A stretch of DNA of 64,000 nucleotides from Thermoplasmata archaeon (lineage in GTDB: Archaea; Thermoplasmatota; Thermoplasmata; Lutacidiplasmatales; UBA184), in contig JBAQAF010000049.1 of assembly GCA_049285595.1 (NCBI GenBank), positions 12,538 to 76,537 of the forward strand, written 5' to 3'. This document shows positions 25,775-35,041 of the stretch, piece by piece. Position 1 is the first letter of the stretch. Each line of letters begins with the position of its first letter. The notes below the pieces were generated by a model, which searched no databases, was not told where the DNA came from, and saw only the letters and a program-made list of their open reading frames with translations. The position numbers and the translations under genes are program-made.

Positions 25775-27100
25775 GTGAAGACCGTGACGAACGAACCAGC
25801 GGACGAAGGCGGCGAGCCCGCGGCGTCGTTCGAGGCCGCCGCCTCCCGCGCGGGCCTCGTCCTGCCGCCCCGGCGGCGCCTGAACCTCTGGGTGGCGATC
25901 GGGATCGTCGTCCTCCTCGTCGGCGCATCGATCGGGGTCGGGGAGCTGACCGGCTGGGCGATCGGTCCCCGGGAAAACCGCGGGTCGCCCGGCGTGTACG
26001 GGGCGCAGCAGTGCCAGCACGTCCCATCGTATCTTTCCGTCAACCTCACCGCCTCCGTGAGCGGCCACGCCGATCCGGTGCTGAACCGTGCGCTGGCCTC
26101 CTGGGGATCCGACTTCTCGAATTGGAGCGGAGGGTGCGTGCACCTGGATGAATTGGCGAGCGCGGGCGACGGATTCGTCCCGGACCTCGCCGGGGCGCAC
26201 GTCGACGTCGTGGCGACGGACGCGCTGCCGAACGCGTCGGACCGGGAGGCCCTCGCTGCCTCAGTAACCCTCGTCCCCGAAGCCGCTGCCGCGGTCTCCG
26301 TCATCTACGACCTCCCCGGCGTCTCGAGCGAACTCCGGCTGGACGGCCCGGTACTCGCAGGCCTGTTCAACGGGTCGATCACCGCCTGGGACGATCCTGC
26401 GATCAGAGCCCTCAATCCGACGGTCGACCTTGCCGGAGCGCCCCCGGTCGAACCGGTCTATCGTTCCGACAGTGCCGGAGTGAACGCCGCGTTCACCGGC
26501 TACCTGGCCGAAGCGAGCGGGGCGTGGAATCTCACGGTCGGGGTCGGAGACTCCGTCCTTTGGCCCACCGGGACGCCGGCCAATGGCGCGACCGCAATGT
26601 CGAACCTCCTCACGGAGACCCCCGGCGCCATCGGGTACCTCGAAGCCGGCGAGGCGCTCCCGGCCAATGCGAGCGTCGCGTCGCTCGAGAATCCCACCGG
26701 GGCGTTCCTTCTGCCGACCCCGGCCAACGCTTCGGCGGCCGTGGTCGCGCGGGAGAACAGCTCGTTCGCCAAGGCATCCGACTGGACGAACCTCTCTCTC
26801 GTGAACGCACCCGGGCCAAAGAGCTACCCGATCACCGAGTTCGTCTACTTCGCCGTCTATCACGAGATGGGGAGCGCGTATTCCGACAAATTTAGCCAGA
26901 CGAACGCGACCTGGCTCCTCACGTTCCTGTGGTGGCTCGCGGGGAACGGGGGCGCCAACGTCACCGAACTCGGCCTCGGGCTCCTTCCGAACACGTTCTT
27001 CGGCCTCGACCAGGTCTCGCTCGAGGGCGTCACGTACAACGGCGGATCGCTGCTCGAGAACAACGAAGGCGGCGAGGGCGGCGAGACCGGTGAGTTCTAG
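25775..27100 (+). CDS. PstS-like type-2 periplasmic-binding-fold protein, membrane-anchored, with substituted anion-binding residues
   Basis: An N-terminal TM is present (LNLWVAIGIVVLLVGASIG). A PstS-like core follows (GSITAWDDPAIRALNP...VYRSDSAGVNAAFTGYL...PGAIGYLE...YPITEFVYF). There are many N-x-S/T sequons and an acidic C-terminal tail. Confidence 0.65.
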   Translation: MKTVTNEPADEGGEPAASFEAAASRAGLVLPPRRRLNLWVAIGIVVLLVGASIGVGELTGWAIGPRENRGSPGVYGAQQCQHVPSYLSVNLTASVSGHADPVLNRALASWGSDFSNWSGGCVHLDELASAGDGFVPDLAGAHVDVVATDALPNASDREALAASVTLVPEAAAAVSVIYDLPGVSSELRLDGPVLAGLFNGSITAWDDPAIRALNPTVDLAGAPPVEPVYRSDSAGVNAAFTGYLAEASGAWNLTVGVGDSVLWPTGTPANGATAMSNLLTETPGAIGYLEAGEALPANASVASLENPTGAFLLPTPANASAAVVARENSSFAKASDWTNLSLVNAPGPKSYPITEFVYFAVYHEMGSAYSDKFSQTNATWLLTFLWWLAGNGGANVTELGLGLLPNTFFGLDQVSLEGVTYNGGSLLENNEGGEGGETGEF

Positions 27101-27202
27101 GTGGGGCGCTTCGGGCCTACTTACGACTAAATAGGTCCGCCCACCGTATTCATCGACAGCAGACGGCGGAGCGCGCTCCGTCCTTACGCATCGAAGCATT
27201 CC

Positions 27203-29320
27203 ATGGACGGTGGGCTCTGGGCGGTGGGTGGAGGCGCCGGCGGCGCCGTCGTCGCAGCCTCCGTGCTCGCGGCGCTCGCATCGTTCGGCAAATCCACTGA
27301 CCCAGCGCTTCGGCGAACCTGCTTCGCCCTCGCCGGCGTATGGATCGCGCTCGCCGCGGTCATCGGGCTCCTGAGCGGTCGGTCGGCGCTCGCCCTCACC
27401 GCCCTGATCGCCGCCGGGGGCGCGCTCTCCCTCGTGGTCGGATCCTCCTTGGCGGGCGAGCGGTTCGGAGCGTCCCCCGAGTACGCCGGGGGGGCCGCGA
27501 CCCGCCCTCCGTTCGGAACGAACGCTCTCCTGGCGGGGCTGGTGGTGGGGGCCGACCTGCTGTTCGGCGGGGTCCTCGCCGTGGCGGGACTGGTTCCCGC
27601 GCTCCCGGGCGGCCCGGTCTTCGGATCCGCGCCGGTCGCCGTCCTCCTGTCCCCGGGGTTCCTCGGGGTGGTCGCTGCCGAGCTCGCCCTGCTCGTCGCG
27701 CTCTCGGCCGGTCGGTTCGACTATCGCCTCCGGGTCTTGCTCCTCGCTCAGGCCGGAGTCGTTCTGCTCTCCCCGACGCTCCTCGGGAACTCCTCCTGGG
27801 GGACCGCGGCATCGGTCGTCGGCGGCGCGCTGATCATCGGGATGTTCGTTGTCGCCCTTCAGTTCCTCTACCGCACGAAGCAGCTGTCCGCCTCAGTTTC
27901 CCGCTATCTCGTCGGCTGGTCGCTCGCCGCGACCGTAACGGCCGCGGGCTGGTTCCTCTGGAGCTTCGAGCATTCGGGGTGGTTGCTCGCCGTCGCGGTC
28001 GTGACCGAGCTCGGCCTCGGGGCGACGGTGGCGCTCGTTGCTCCCCCCGAGAACACGGGCGAGCGAGAGGCGTGGCTCGTCCGGCCGTTCTGGGTGTTCC
28101 TGTTCCTCCTCTTCACGTTCCTCACGGAATTCTTCCTCGGGGCGCTGCTCGACCTCACGATCGCCGGACGCGGATTCCTCGAGTACATCCCGTTCGTCCG
28201 CCCCTCCGGGGGAGGGGGCGCCGTCGCCAACGCGCTGGTCTACAACGGTCTCTGGTTCGGCGCGGCGATCATGGCATCCGCCTGGTTCCTGGTCGCTCTC
28301 GGCTTCACGATGGGCCCGCTCGTGCTGCTGAAGATCCGGGAGACCCGGGAACGCCCGCAGAAGTACCGTCTCGGGCTCACGGTGGCGTTCTACGCCCTCG
28401 CAGCGGTGTACATTCCGAGCTTCACATCCTCCACTCCGCTACTGAATATCCCGGCGCTCGCGAATCTCCCGGTCCTCGGGTGGGGATTCGGTCTGAGGGC
28501 CGGCGGGCCGTTCGAGGCCGGCGTGTCGCTCGCGGTCCTCCTCATGTACCTCGGGGTCGGCGTGCTGACGCTTCTCTTCGGCCGCAAGGCGCTCTGCTCG
28601 GTGATGTGCGGCGCGGCGTTGATGTACCAGGGCACCGCGATCAACGAGATGCGGCAGTTCAACCAAACGTCCAAGGTCGGGCGCTACTTCCTCGGAAGCC
28701 AGATGTCGACCGCCTACGTCGTCGCGTCGGGGTTCGCCGTCGTGTCGTTGTTCGCAATCTCCATGCTCTCCTTCCTCCGCCTCCTGCCGGCCGTTCAGGT
28801 GGCGAGCGGTCAGCTCGACACCGCCGCCCTTCCCCTCCCGATCGAGCTCTACTTCGGAGGGGTCTGGTTCGTCATGTTCGTCTCGACCCCGTACATCGGG
28901 ACGTACAACTGCGCGACGACCGGCTTCTGCCACTGGGGCGCGCTCAGCATCCCGTTCGCGAAGGTCGGCATGTTCAGCCTGAAGGTCAAGGACAAGAAGA
29001 TCTGTCAAGAATGCACGACCTTCGACTGCGCCAAGGCATGCCCCGTCGGGCTCGTCGACATGCCGCTTCACTTCCAGACCAAGGGAGAGTATCGGAGCAC
29101 GAAGTGCTGCGGGGTGGGGGATTGCGTCGGGGCGTGCCCGTACGGCAACATGTACCACCAGGACGTTCGGTTCTGGCTGCGCCGACGCCTCGGGCGGGCC
29201 GACCCCCACACCGACCCGGCGGCTCGGGGCGGGATCCCCCTCCCGATGGTCTCGTCGCCCTCCTCGCCCGCCGCGACCTCCGCGCGGACCGCGCTGTCGA
29301 CCTCCGCTCCCCGCGAATGA
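27203..29320 (+). CDS. Large polytopic membrane protein with a NapH/FixG-like polyferredoxin C-terminal module (two 4Fe-4S motifs)
   Basis: The N-terminal ~450 aa are Ala/Leu/Gly-rich TM helices. The membrane Cys motif GRKALCSVMCG follows, then CQECTTFDCAKACP and CCGVGDCVGACP ferredoxin-type clusters. Confidence 0.65.
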   Translation: MDGGLWAVGGGAGGAVVAASVLAALASFGKSTDPALRRTCFALAGVWIALAAVIGLLSGRSALALTALIAAGGALSLVVGSSLAGERFGASPEYAGGAATRPPFGTNALLAGLVVGADLLFGGVLAVAGLVPALPGGPVFGSAPVAVLLSPGFLGVVAAELALLVALSAGRFDYRLRVLLLAQAGVVLLSPTLLGNSSWGTAASVVGGALIIGMFVVALQFLYRTKQLSASVSRYLVGWSLAATVTAAGWFLWSFEHSGWLLAVAVVTELGLGATVALVAPPENTGEREAWLVRPFWVFLFLLFTFLTEFFLGALLDLTIAGRGFLEYIPFVRPSGGGGAVANALVYNGLWFGAAIMASAWFLVALGFTMGPLVLLKIRETRERPQKYRLGLTVAFYALAAVYIPSFTSSTPLLNIPALANLPVLGWGFGLRAGGPFEAGVSLAVLLMYLGVGVLTLLFGRKALCSVMCGAALMYQGTAINEMRQFNQTSKVGRYFLGSQMSTAYVVASGFAVVSLFAISMLSFLRLLPAVQVASGQLDTAALPLPIELYFGGVWFVMFVSTPYIGTYNCATTGFCHWGALSIPFAKVGMFSLKVKDKKICQECTTFDCAKACPVGLVDMPLHFQTKGEYRSTKCCGVGDCVGACPYGNMYHQDVRFWLRRRLGRADPHTDPAARGGIPLPMVSSPSSPAATSARTALSTSAPRE

Positions 29321-29345
29321 TCGGGGATCCGTGAGATCGTGCGCC

Positions 29346-30380
29346 TTAGTTCTTCCCGGGAGCTCGCCCGGAGGAGCCAGCCCATCGCCGGCGCTGGCGC
29401 GAAGCCCAGGCGACCAACGGAACCTCGAACAGGGCGACGCCCCAGAGGATCCACAAGTAGTAGTTCCAGTGGGGATAGAGACCGACGGGCCGCCCCCCGG
29501 GGGCGGCGCACCCGGGCGCCGCACCGAACGTGAGCGCCTGGCAGAGGAAACCGTGGGGGTGCCAGATGAGGAACGGCGCGGCGATGACCAGCGTCCCGGC
29601 GAGCACCCCGAGAACGCTCCACCATCGCTGTTGGACCGCGTAAAAGACGATCCAGAACACGTTCGCGAACTGCTTCAGCCCGTAGGTGACGAACTCCAGA
29701 ACCGACCCCGACCGGCCGAGCCCCCCGCGCAGCGCCAGGGTCGTGAGGAACAGGACGGGAAGGTCGTTGAACCCGTTCGCCGCGACGAGCGCCACCATCG
29801 GGGTCGCGAGCGATAGGGCGGCGATCTCGTCCTTTCGAACGACGTAGAGGAGGCCCCCCCAGCAGGCGAGGCACAGCGCGTCGTATCCCAGGTACCCGGT
29901 CCCCGGGACCTGGAGGAACATCAGGAGCGGGAGGTACGGGTCGTAGCTGACCGATCCGACCGAGCGATGCCAGAGGTTGAGAACGGAGACCCGATAGTGG
30001 AGAACGAGGAGCGTCGTGTACGGATCGTGGCCCCGCACGAGCTCCCCCAGGAAGGCGATCGTCGTTCGGTTCTCGTCCGTCCCTCCGTTGCCGATCCCCG
30101 TGACGACGCTCACCACGGCCAGGGCGAGCGAACCGCCCCCGAGCCAGGGCAACGCCGACTCCCATCGAATGCCGGCCCGTCGGACCGCCCGGGGCACGGC
30201 GAGAGAGCTCAGCGTCCCGGCCCCCAAGATCGCCGAAAAGAGCGCCGGAGCGACCCCGACGAACACGGAGGAAGCGTAGATCGCGACGGCCATCGCGGAG
30301 AGCGCGACGAGGATGATCAGGACGGGAAGCGAGCGTTCCCAGGACCGCGCTCGGGGAACTGCGCGCGGAGCGGCCGCCAT
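29346..30380 (-). CDS. Polytopic integral membrane protein, function unknown
   Basis: The 344-aa ORF has about 9 hydrophobic segments. A GGTAAATAGAGG patch lies about 25 nt upstream of the ATG. No family recognised with confidence. Confidence 0.5.
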   Translation of the reverse strand: MAAAPRAVPRARSWERSLPVLIILVALSAMAVAIYASSVFVGVAPALFSAILGAGTLSSLAVPRAVRRAGIRWESALPWLGGGSLALAVVSVVTGIGNGGTDENRTTIAFLGELVRGHDPYTTLLVLHYRVSVLNLWHRSVGSVSYDPYLPLLMFLQVPGTGYLGYDALCLACWGGLLYVVRKDEIAALSLATPMVALVAANGFNDLPVLFLTTLALRGGLGRSGSVLEFVTYGLKQFANVFWIVFYAVQQRWWSVLGVLAGTLVIAAPFLIWHPHGFLCQALTFGAAPGCAAPGGRPVGLYPHWNYYLWILWGVALFEVPLVAWASRQRRRWAGSSGRAPGKN

Positions 30381-30524
30381 CTCCGTGGCTCGACCCCGTT
30401 CCTCTATTTACCTGCCGTTCGGCCGGGGTCTGCCCGCGGACCGTGAGCGGAGACGGGAGGGCAGCGCAGGGGTACTCCGGCCCAGCGAACGGCTTTCTGG
30501 AGACCGCGGCTCCGTGATCGTCCG

Positions 30525-31688
30525 ATGCCCGCGGTCCGAACGGAGGAGGGGCTCGTATGGCTCGAGGCCGGCGCGAGCGACGCAGTGCCGCTGCGATTCA
30601 TCGAGGAGCACGGTCGGTACTTCGTTCTGGCGACGACCGCCCGTACGAAGTGGGTCGGCGTCTCGTTGCGAACCGGCGGGTGCTTCGTCACTCGTTCCGG
30701 GAGCCTACGGCAGAGATGCGCCGTCGATCCCGTGATCGATCCATTTGACCGAGCCCGGATCCACGCGGGATTCCGGATCAGGTACGGCGCCGCGGCGTGG
30801 CTCCCTCCGCTCTCCCCTTCCCTGCGCATCCTGCGATTGGACCCGGGGGCATCGGTCATCGAGCGCTCTCAGGCCGACCGAGCGCGTCTCGAGTTCGATG
30901 CCGCCGCGCCCGACTACGCCGACCGCGTTGCCGCCCGTCGGGTGGAACGATATCTCAAGGCGACGACGCTCGCTCGGCTCCGGACGACTTTCTCCGGGGT
31001 CGACCCGCTGCTCGAGATCGGACCCGGCGTGGGGCTCGAGACGATCCCTCTCCTGGCGGATGGCCATCGGATCACGGCCGTCGATCTTTCCGGTCGAATG
31101 CTCGAAGAACTTCGGAAGCGAGCGGACCGGATCGTCCCGGGGAACCGCCTTGACTGCCGAGTGGGTCGCCTGGGTGACCTCGACACCGCCCTCGCGGGAC
31201 TCCCCGCGGGTTCGTTCGCGGGAGCGTTCTCCACCTTCGGCGCCTTCAACCTCGAAGAAGACCTGACCACGCTCCGCCGCGGCCTCGCCAACGCCCTGGG
31301 GACCGAGGCTCGACTCGCGTTCACTACCCTCAATCGACCCGCGCCCCTTCCGATGCTCTGGGACGCCGTGGATGGGCATCTGCGCGAAGTTCCACGACGG
31401 ATGCTCTTGCGAACTGCGACAGAGAACACGACGTACCCCCTCGATCTGTTCCGCCGTCGACCCGCGGAGTGGGACGTCGCGCTGCGCCCTGAATTCCTCC
31501 GGCGGAGCAGCGAAGCTGTGTCAGTGCTCGCCCCCCCCTTCGAGCCCGTGCGGGCCTGGGCCGCTCTGGGGGAGACGGGACACCGGGCGATCGCGAGGGC
31601 GGATGGCTGGCTGCGCCGTCGCAGGGTCCTCGCCGAGCTCGGGGAGTGGGCGCTGCTGACCTACGAGCGACTTCCGCCGGCGGGCTGA
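30525..31688 (+). CDS. Class I SAM-dependent methyltransferase with ~110-aa N-terminal extra domain
   Basis: Motif I is LLEIGPGVGLETIPLLADGHRITAVDLS, followed by the post-I/II pattern (GAFSTFGAFNLE). Confidence 0.65.
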   Translation: MPAVRTEEGLVWLEAGASDAVPLRFIEEHGRYFVLATTARTKWVGVSLRTGGCFVTRSGSLRQRCAVDPVIDPFDRARIHAGFRIRYGAAAWLPPLSPSLRILRLDPGASVIERSQADRARLEFDAAAPDYADRVAARRVERYLKATTLARLRTTFSGVDPLLEIGPGVGLETIPLLADGHRITAVDLSGRMLEELRKRADRIVPGNRLDCRVGRLGDLDTALAGLPAGSFAGAFSTFGAFNLEEDLTTLRRGLANALGTEARLAFTTLNRPAPLPMLWDAVDGHLREVPRRMLLRTATENTTYPLDLFRRRPAEWDVALRPEFLRRSSEAVSVLAPPFEPVRAWAALGETGHRAIARADGWLRRRRVLAELGEWALLTYERLPPAG

Positions 31689-31744
31689 CCCACGGTCTCC
31701 CCGGCCCCCGGGGTGAGGGCGGACTCCAGGGGGCCGGGCGGGCG

Positions 31745-31753
31745 ACTATAAAC
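31745..31753 (+). promoter_or_regulatory. TATA-box-like element ACTATAAAC
   Basis: It is an isolated AT patch about 35 nt upstream of the ATG at 31784. Confidence 0.4.
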
Positions 31754-31783
31754 GGGCCCCCGGCCGTGGGTCGAGGAGGGCCG

Positions 31784-32047
31784 ATGCGGCGGTGGATCTC
31801 TGAGCGTCATACGGTCAAGATCCTGATCGAACCCCGCGGAGTGGTGGTGGGTCTCACCATGAAGCGCTACTCGATCCTGTTCTTCCTCACCCGAGCGTTT
31901 CTCGGCATCCGACGGGTCCGCACGGCGGATCGCGTGGTCGCCCGCGCGGGCTACAGCGCCCCGGGAACCCTCGCGCTGATCCGCGAGTTGTATCCCGCCG
32001 GTGTCCGCGGCCCGTCGGAGCCGGCCGGCGTTCGTCCGGGGGGATGA
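31784..32047 (+). CDS. Hypothetical small protein (87 aa), translationally coupled to the downstream nucleotidyltransferase-like gene
   Basis: The plausible part of track ORF 31646..32047 starts at MRRWISERHTVKILIEPRGVVVGLTMKRYSILFFL. It forms an ATGA overlap with the gene at 32044. Confidence 0.4.
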   Translation: MRRWISERHTVKILIEPRGVVVGLTMKRYSILFFLTRAFLGIRRVRTADRVVARAGYSAPGTLALIRELYPAGVRGPSEPAGVRPGG

Positions 32048-32985
32048 ACGTACCAGCTCCGGAGGAGCCGTCGGTGGTCGCTCGGGCTCCCGAGCCTCCC
32101 TGGCAGCGCCGAGCCACCGAAATCGTCCGGATCGCGGCCGATCATCAGGCCGGGATCCGGCTCCTGAACCTCGTCGCGCTCCTCCCCCCCGGGGCCCCCT
32201 CGGACCCGTACGCGATCGCCGGATGGTTCGCGGGTCGATTTCCGAGGGGAGCGATCGTCGATGGCGTCGTCTACGCGGAGACCGAAGGGACGCCGTCTCC
32301 GCGCGACCGAGCGGCCCGGGCCGAGCGGTACCTGGCTTCGGCCCGGCATCTGTTCGAGACCGGTCTCGGCTCCGAACGGGAATGGGTCCGGTGCGCGGCC
32401 GTCACAGGATCGGTCTCCTACGGCGAGGCTAGGGAGGGGGATGATTGCGATCTCCTCGTGGTCACACGACCCCAGACGGTGTGGCCGTTCCTGCTCCTCG
32501 CCTTCCTCCGATTCCGGCTCCGCCGAGACGCGGCGAATCCCCCGTGGTGCCTGAATCTTGTGGCGGACGAGGGCCTCGCCGAGGAAGAATTCCTGACGCC
32601 GCAGGGATTCCACGTCGCCCGCGAGGCGCTCCTCGCCCGGGTCGTGCACGGGCCGGCGTACTACGAGTCGTTGCTCCGCCGTTCTCCCTGGATGCGCGAC
32701 GAGGTTCCGCGACTTTACGCAGACCGGGTTCCGCCCGGGGACAACGGTCCGCCGGCCCGGTCGCGGGCTCCCCGACTGGTCCGGGCCGTCAATTTCCCCA
32801 TCTTCATCGCCCTCGGGTGCTACCTCGGAGCGATGGGCCTAGTGCGGAACGCACGGCTTCGCCGGGCCGGTCGCTCGGAGAAGTGCTTCCGCACGAGGCT
32901 CTCCCCGCACGGTCTTACGTACGAGAGCGTCGAGTTCGACCTGCTTCGGGGCGCCTTTGACGAGACGACTACGGCCCCGACGTAG
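32044..32985 (+). CDS. Putative Pol-beta-superfamily nucleotidyltransferase-like protein with C-terminal hydrophobic segment
   Basis: VTGSVSYGEAREGDDCDLLVV resembles the GS...[DE]xD minimal NTase motif. A later hydrophobic helix is present (VNFPIFIALGCYLGAMGLV). The assignment is tentative. Confidence 0.45.
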   Translation: MNVPAPEEPSVVARAPEPPWQRRATEIVRIAADHQAGIRLLNLVALLPPGAPSDPYAIAGWFAGRFPRGAIVDGVVYAETEGTPSPRDRAARAERYLASARHLFETGLGSEREWVRCAAVTGSVSYGEAREGDDCDLLVVTRPQTVWPFLLLAFLRFRLRRDAANPPWCLNLVADEGLAEEEFLTPQGFHVAREALLARVVHGPAYYESLLRRSPWMRDEVPRLYADRVPPGDNGPPARSRAPRLVRAVNFPIFIALGCYLGAMGLVRNARLRRAGRSEKCFRTRLSPHGLTYESVEFDLLRGAFDETTTAPT

Positions 32986-33013
32986 CCGCGACGCCCGCGG
33001 CCCCCGCTCGACC

Positions 33014-34012
33014 TCAGGCCGGCGATCGGCGGGTCGAGCCAAGGAGCTGCCAGCGGGTGTAATCGCGACCGCGACGGTGGTCCACGTATCCTCGGACGAG
33101 CGCGATCCCCTCGAGGAACGCGAGGACCGGAATGGTGCCGAGCTCGCGCGGATGCGCGAGGATCGATTTCCAGAAGATTCGCACGAACAGCCCGGGGCGA
33201 CGGACCAGCAGCGTATCGAGGGTCGAGGGAAGGTACCCCGCCTGCCAGAGCTGGAAATGGCCGAAGTTTATCCGGGTCCGCTGCGCGAGGAGGTCCCGGA
33301 ACGTCTCGGGAACGACGTTCGAGACCACGGCCTCGCGCTCGTAGACGACCGAGTACCCCCGCTCGGCGGCCCGCAAGCAGACCCACGCATCCTCGTTGAT
33401 GATCGGGGGGATCGTTTCGAGCAACTCTCGTCGGACGGCCTGCAACTCGCCCCCGTGAACGGTCAGGCCGAGACGGGTCGCCTCGGCGTGCTGGGCGTCG
33501 CGCAGGCTCCATAGACGGGCCCCGACCCGCGTCACCCAGCTGTGGACGTTGGACGGCTCGACGCGCGGGAAGGCGACGCCAGCGCCCCCCACGATCCGGT
33601 GCAGCAGCCGCGGAAAGGCGTCCGGCCCGAGCTGAACATCGCCCGAGACGAGGAACACCACGTCACCGGTCGCGCGGCCGACCCCTCGATTGAACGCATC
33701 CCACTTGCCCGTCCGCTCCTCCTCGAACACGGCCATGAGGCGAGGGTCGGAGAACGAATCGAGCACCGACCGCGTGTCGTCGGTTCCGCCGTACATGACG
33801 ATCACCTCCTCCACGGACGTGGCGAGCACCTCGGGAAGCAGACGTCGCAACCCGGCCGCGTTGTTGTACGCGAACACGATCGCGCTCGTCCGATTCCCTG
33901 GAGGGGGCGTCGGCCCGACGGCCGAGGGGGGCGTAGCTGCTATCGGGTCGATGGTTCGGGGAGAACACGAAGCGCTCACGGTGGATCCCACTTCCGGCCG
34001 GTTCCCTCCCAC
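33014..34012 (-). CDS. Glycosyltransferase family 2
   Basis: SAIVFAYNNAAGLRRLL...VIVMYGGTDDT...DVVFLVSGDV (DxD-like)...NEDAW is the GT-A/GT2 pattern. The start is uncertain: a TATA-like TCGTATTTAG at 34021-34030 suggests a start at or near GTG 33979. Confidence 0.75.
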   Translation of the reverse strand: MGGNRPEVGSTVSASCSPRTIDPIAATPPSAVGPTPPPGNRTSAIVFAYNNAAGLRRLLPEVLATSVEEVIVMYGGTDDTRSVLDSFSDPRLMAVFEEERTGKWDAFNRGVGRATGDVVFLVSGDVQLGPDAFPRLLHRIVGGAGVAFPRVEPSNVHSWVTRVGARLWSLRDAQHAEATRLGLTVHGGELQAVRRELLETIPPIINEDAWVCLRAAERGYSVVYEREAVVSNVVPETFRDLLAQRTRINFGHFQLWQAGYLPSTLDTLLVRRPGLFVRIFWKSILAHPRELGTIPVLAFLEGIALVRGYVDHRRGRDYTRWQLLGSTRRSPA

Positions 34013-34159
34013 GGGCTCGGTCGTATTTAGGCTCCCAAAGTCGCGGACCCCAACCTCTCCCGACGGGAGGGCCCGCGGGGGGAGCGCCCCGGTTCCTCCG
34101 ACGATCGACCTCGATGAAAATTATGTAGGGCGAGCCGTATCGACGTTCGGCGCGAAGGG

Positions 34160-34930
34160 GTGAGGCGTTCGATGGTCGATCACTCGAAGATGAGACTCGG
34201 CAAGAATCCCCCGGTGCGGGACGCGCGTACTCTGCAGCTCGCCAACTACCTGGTCGCAGCGGACCTTCCGGCCCCTCCGCCCGAGGCGAACTGGGCCGCC
34301 AAGGTCAGCTCCTGGCCGATGATGCTCAACGACACGATCGGAGACTGCACCGTCGCCGCCGCCGGGCACTGTATCGAAGAGTGGACGACCGACGCCGGGG
34401 ACCCCGTGATCGTTCCCAACGCGACGGTGCTCGCCGTCTACTCCGCCGTCTCCGGCTACAATCCCGTAACGCACCAGCACGATGTCGGAGCCACGGAGAT
34501 CAGTGTCCTCAACTATTGGCGCCAGCAAGGGATCGGAGGTCACTCCATCCGCGCGTACGCCGCTCTCGAGCCGGGGAATCTCGACCACGTCCGTGATTCG
34601 GTCTCTCTCTTCGGAAACTGCTACCTCGGGCTGGCGATGCCGATCTCCGCCCAGACGCAGGCGGTCTGGTCGGTTCCGCCCGGCGGACCGAGCGGCCTCG
34701 CGGCTCCGGGGTCCTGGAGCGGTCACGCTGTGCCGATCGTGGCCTACGATCCCCTCGGTCTGAACGTGGTGACGTGGGGAAAGCTCAAGCGGATGACGTG
34801 GGGATTCCTCACGACGTACTGCGACGAGGCGTACGCCCTGCTCTCCGATGATTTCCTGACAGCGGACGAGACCCCCGCGGGAGTCGATCTGACCACTCTG
34901 GAACAGGACCTTGCGGCGGTGACCGCCTGA
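34160..34930 (+). CDS. Putative papain-fold cysteine peptidase-like protein
   Basis: A candidate catalytic Cys lies in NDTIGDCTVAAAGHCI and a candidate His in WSGHAVPIVAYD, followed by VVTWG. An AAAATTAT patch lies at about 34115. ATG 34172 is an alternative start. Confidence 0.45.
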   Translation: MRRSMVDHSKMRLGKNPPVRDARTLQLANYLVAADLPAPPPEANWAAKVSSWPMMLNDTIGDCTVAAAGHCIEEWTTDAGDPVIVPNATVLAVYSAVSGYNPVTHQHDVGATEISVLNYWRQQGIGGHSIRAYAALEPGNLDHVRDSVSLFGNCYLGLAMPISAQTQAVWSVPPGGPSGLAAPGSWSGHAVPIVAYDPLGLNVVTWGKLKRMTWGFLTTYCDEAYALLSDDFLTADETPAGVDLTTLEQDLAAVTA

Positions 34931-35041
34931 CCGAGCCGCGCCTACCGCCCGCCGAGACAGCCTCCGAGCTCCCTCGAAGCGACATCCACCGCGGGGGGAG
35001 CGTGGATCAGGCCCTGGCTCGAGGCGAAACGCGCGGCGATT

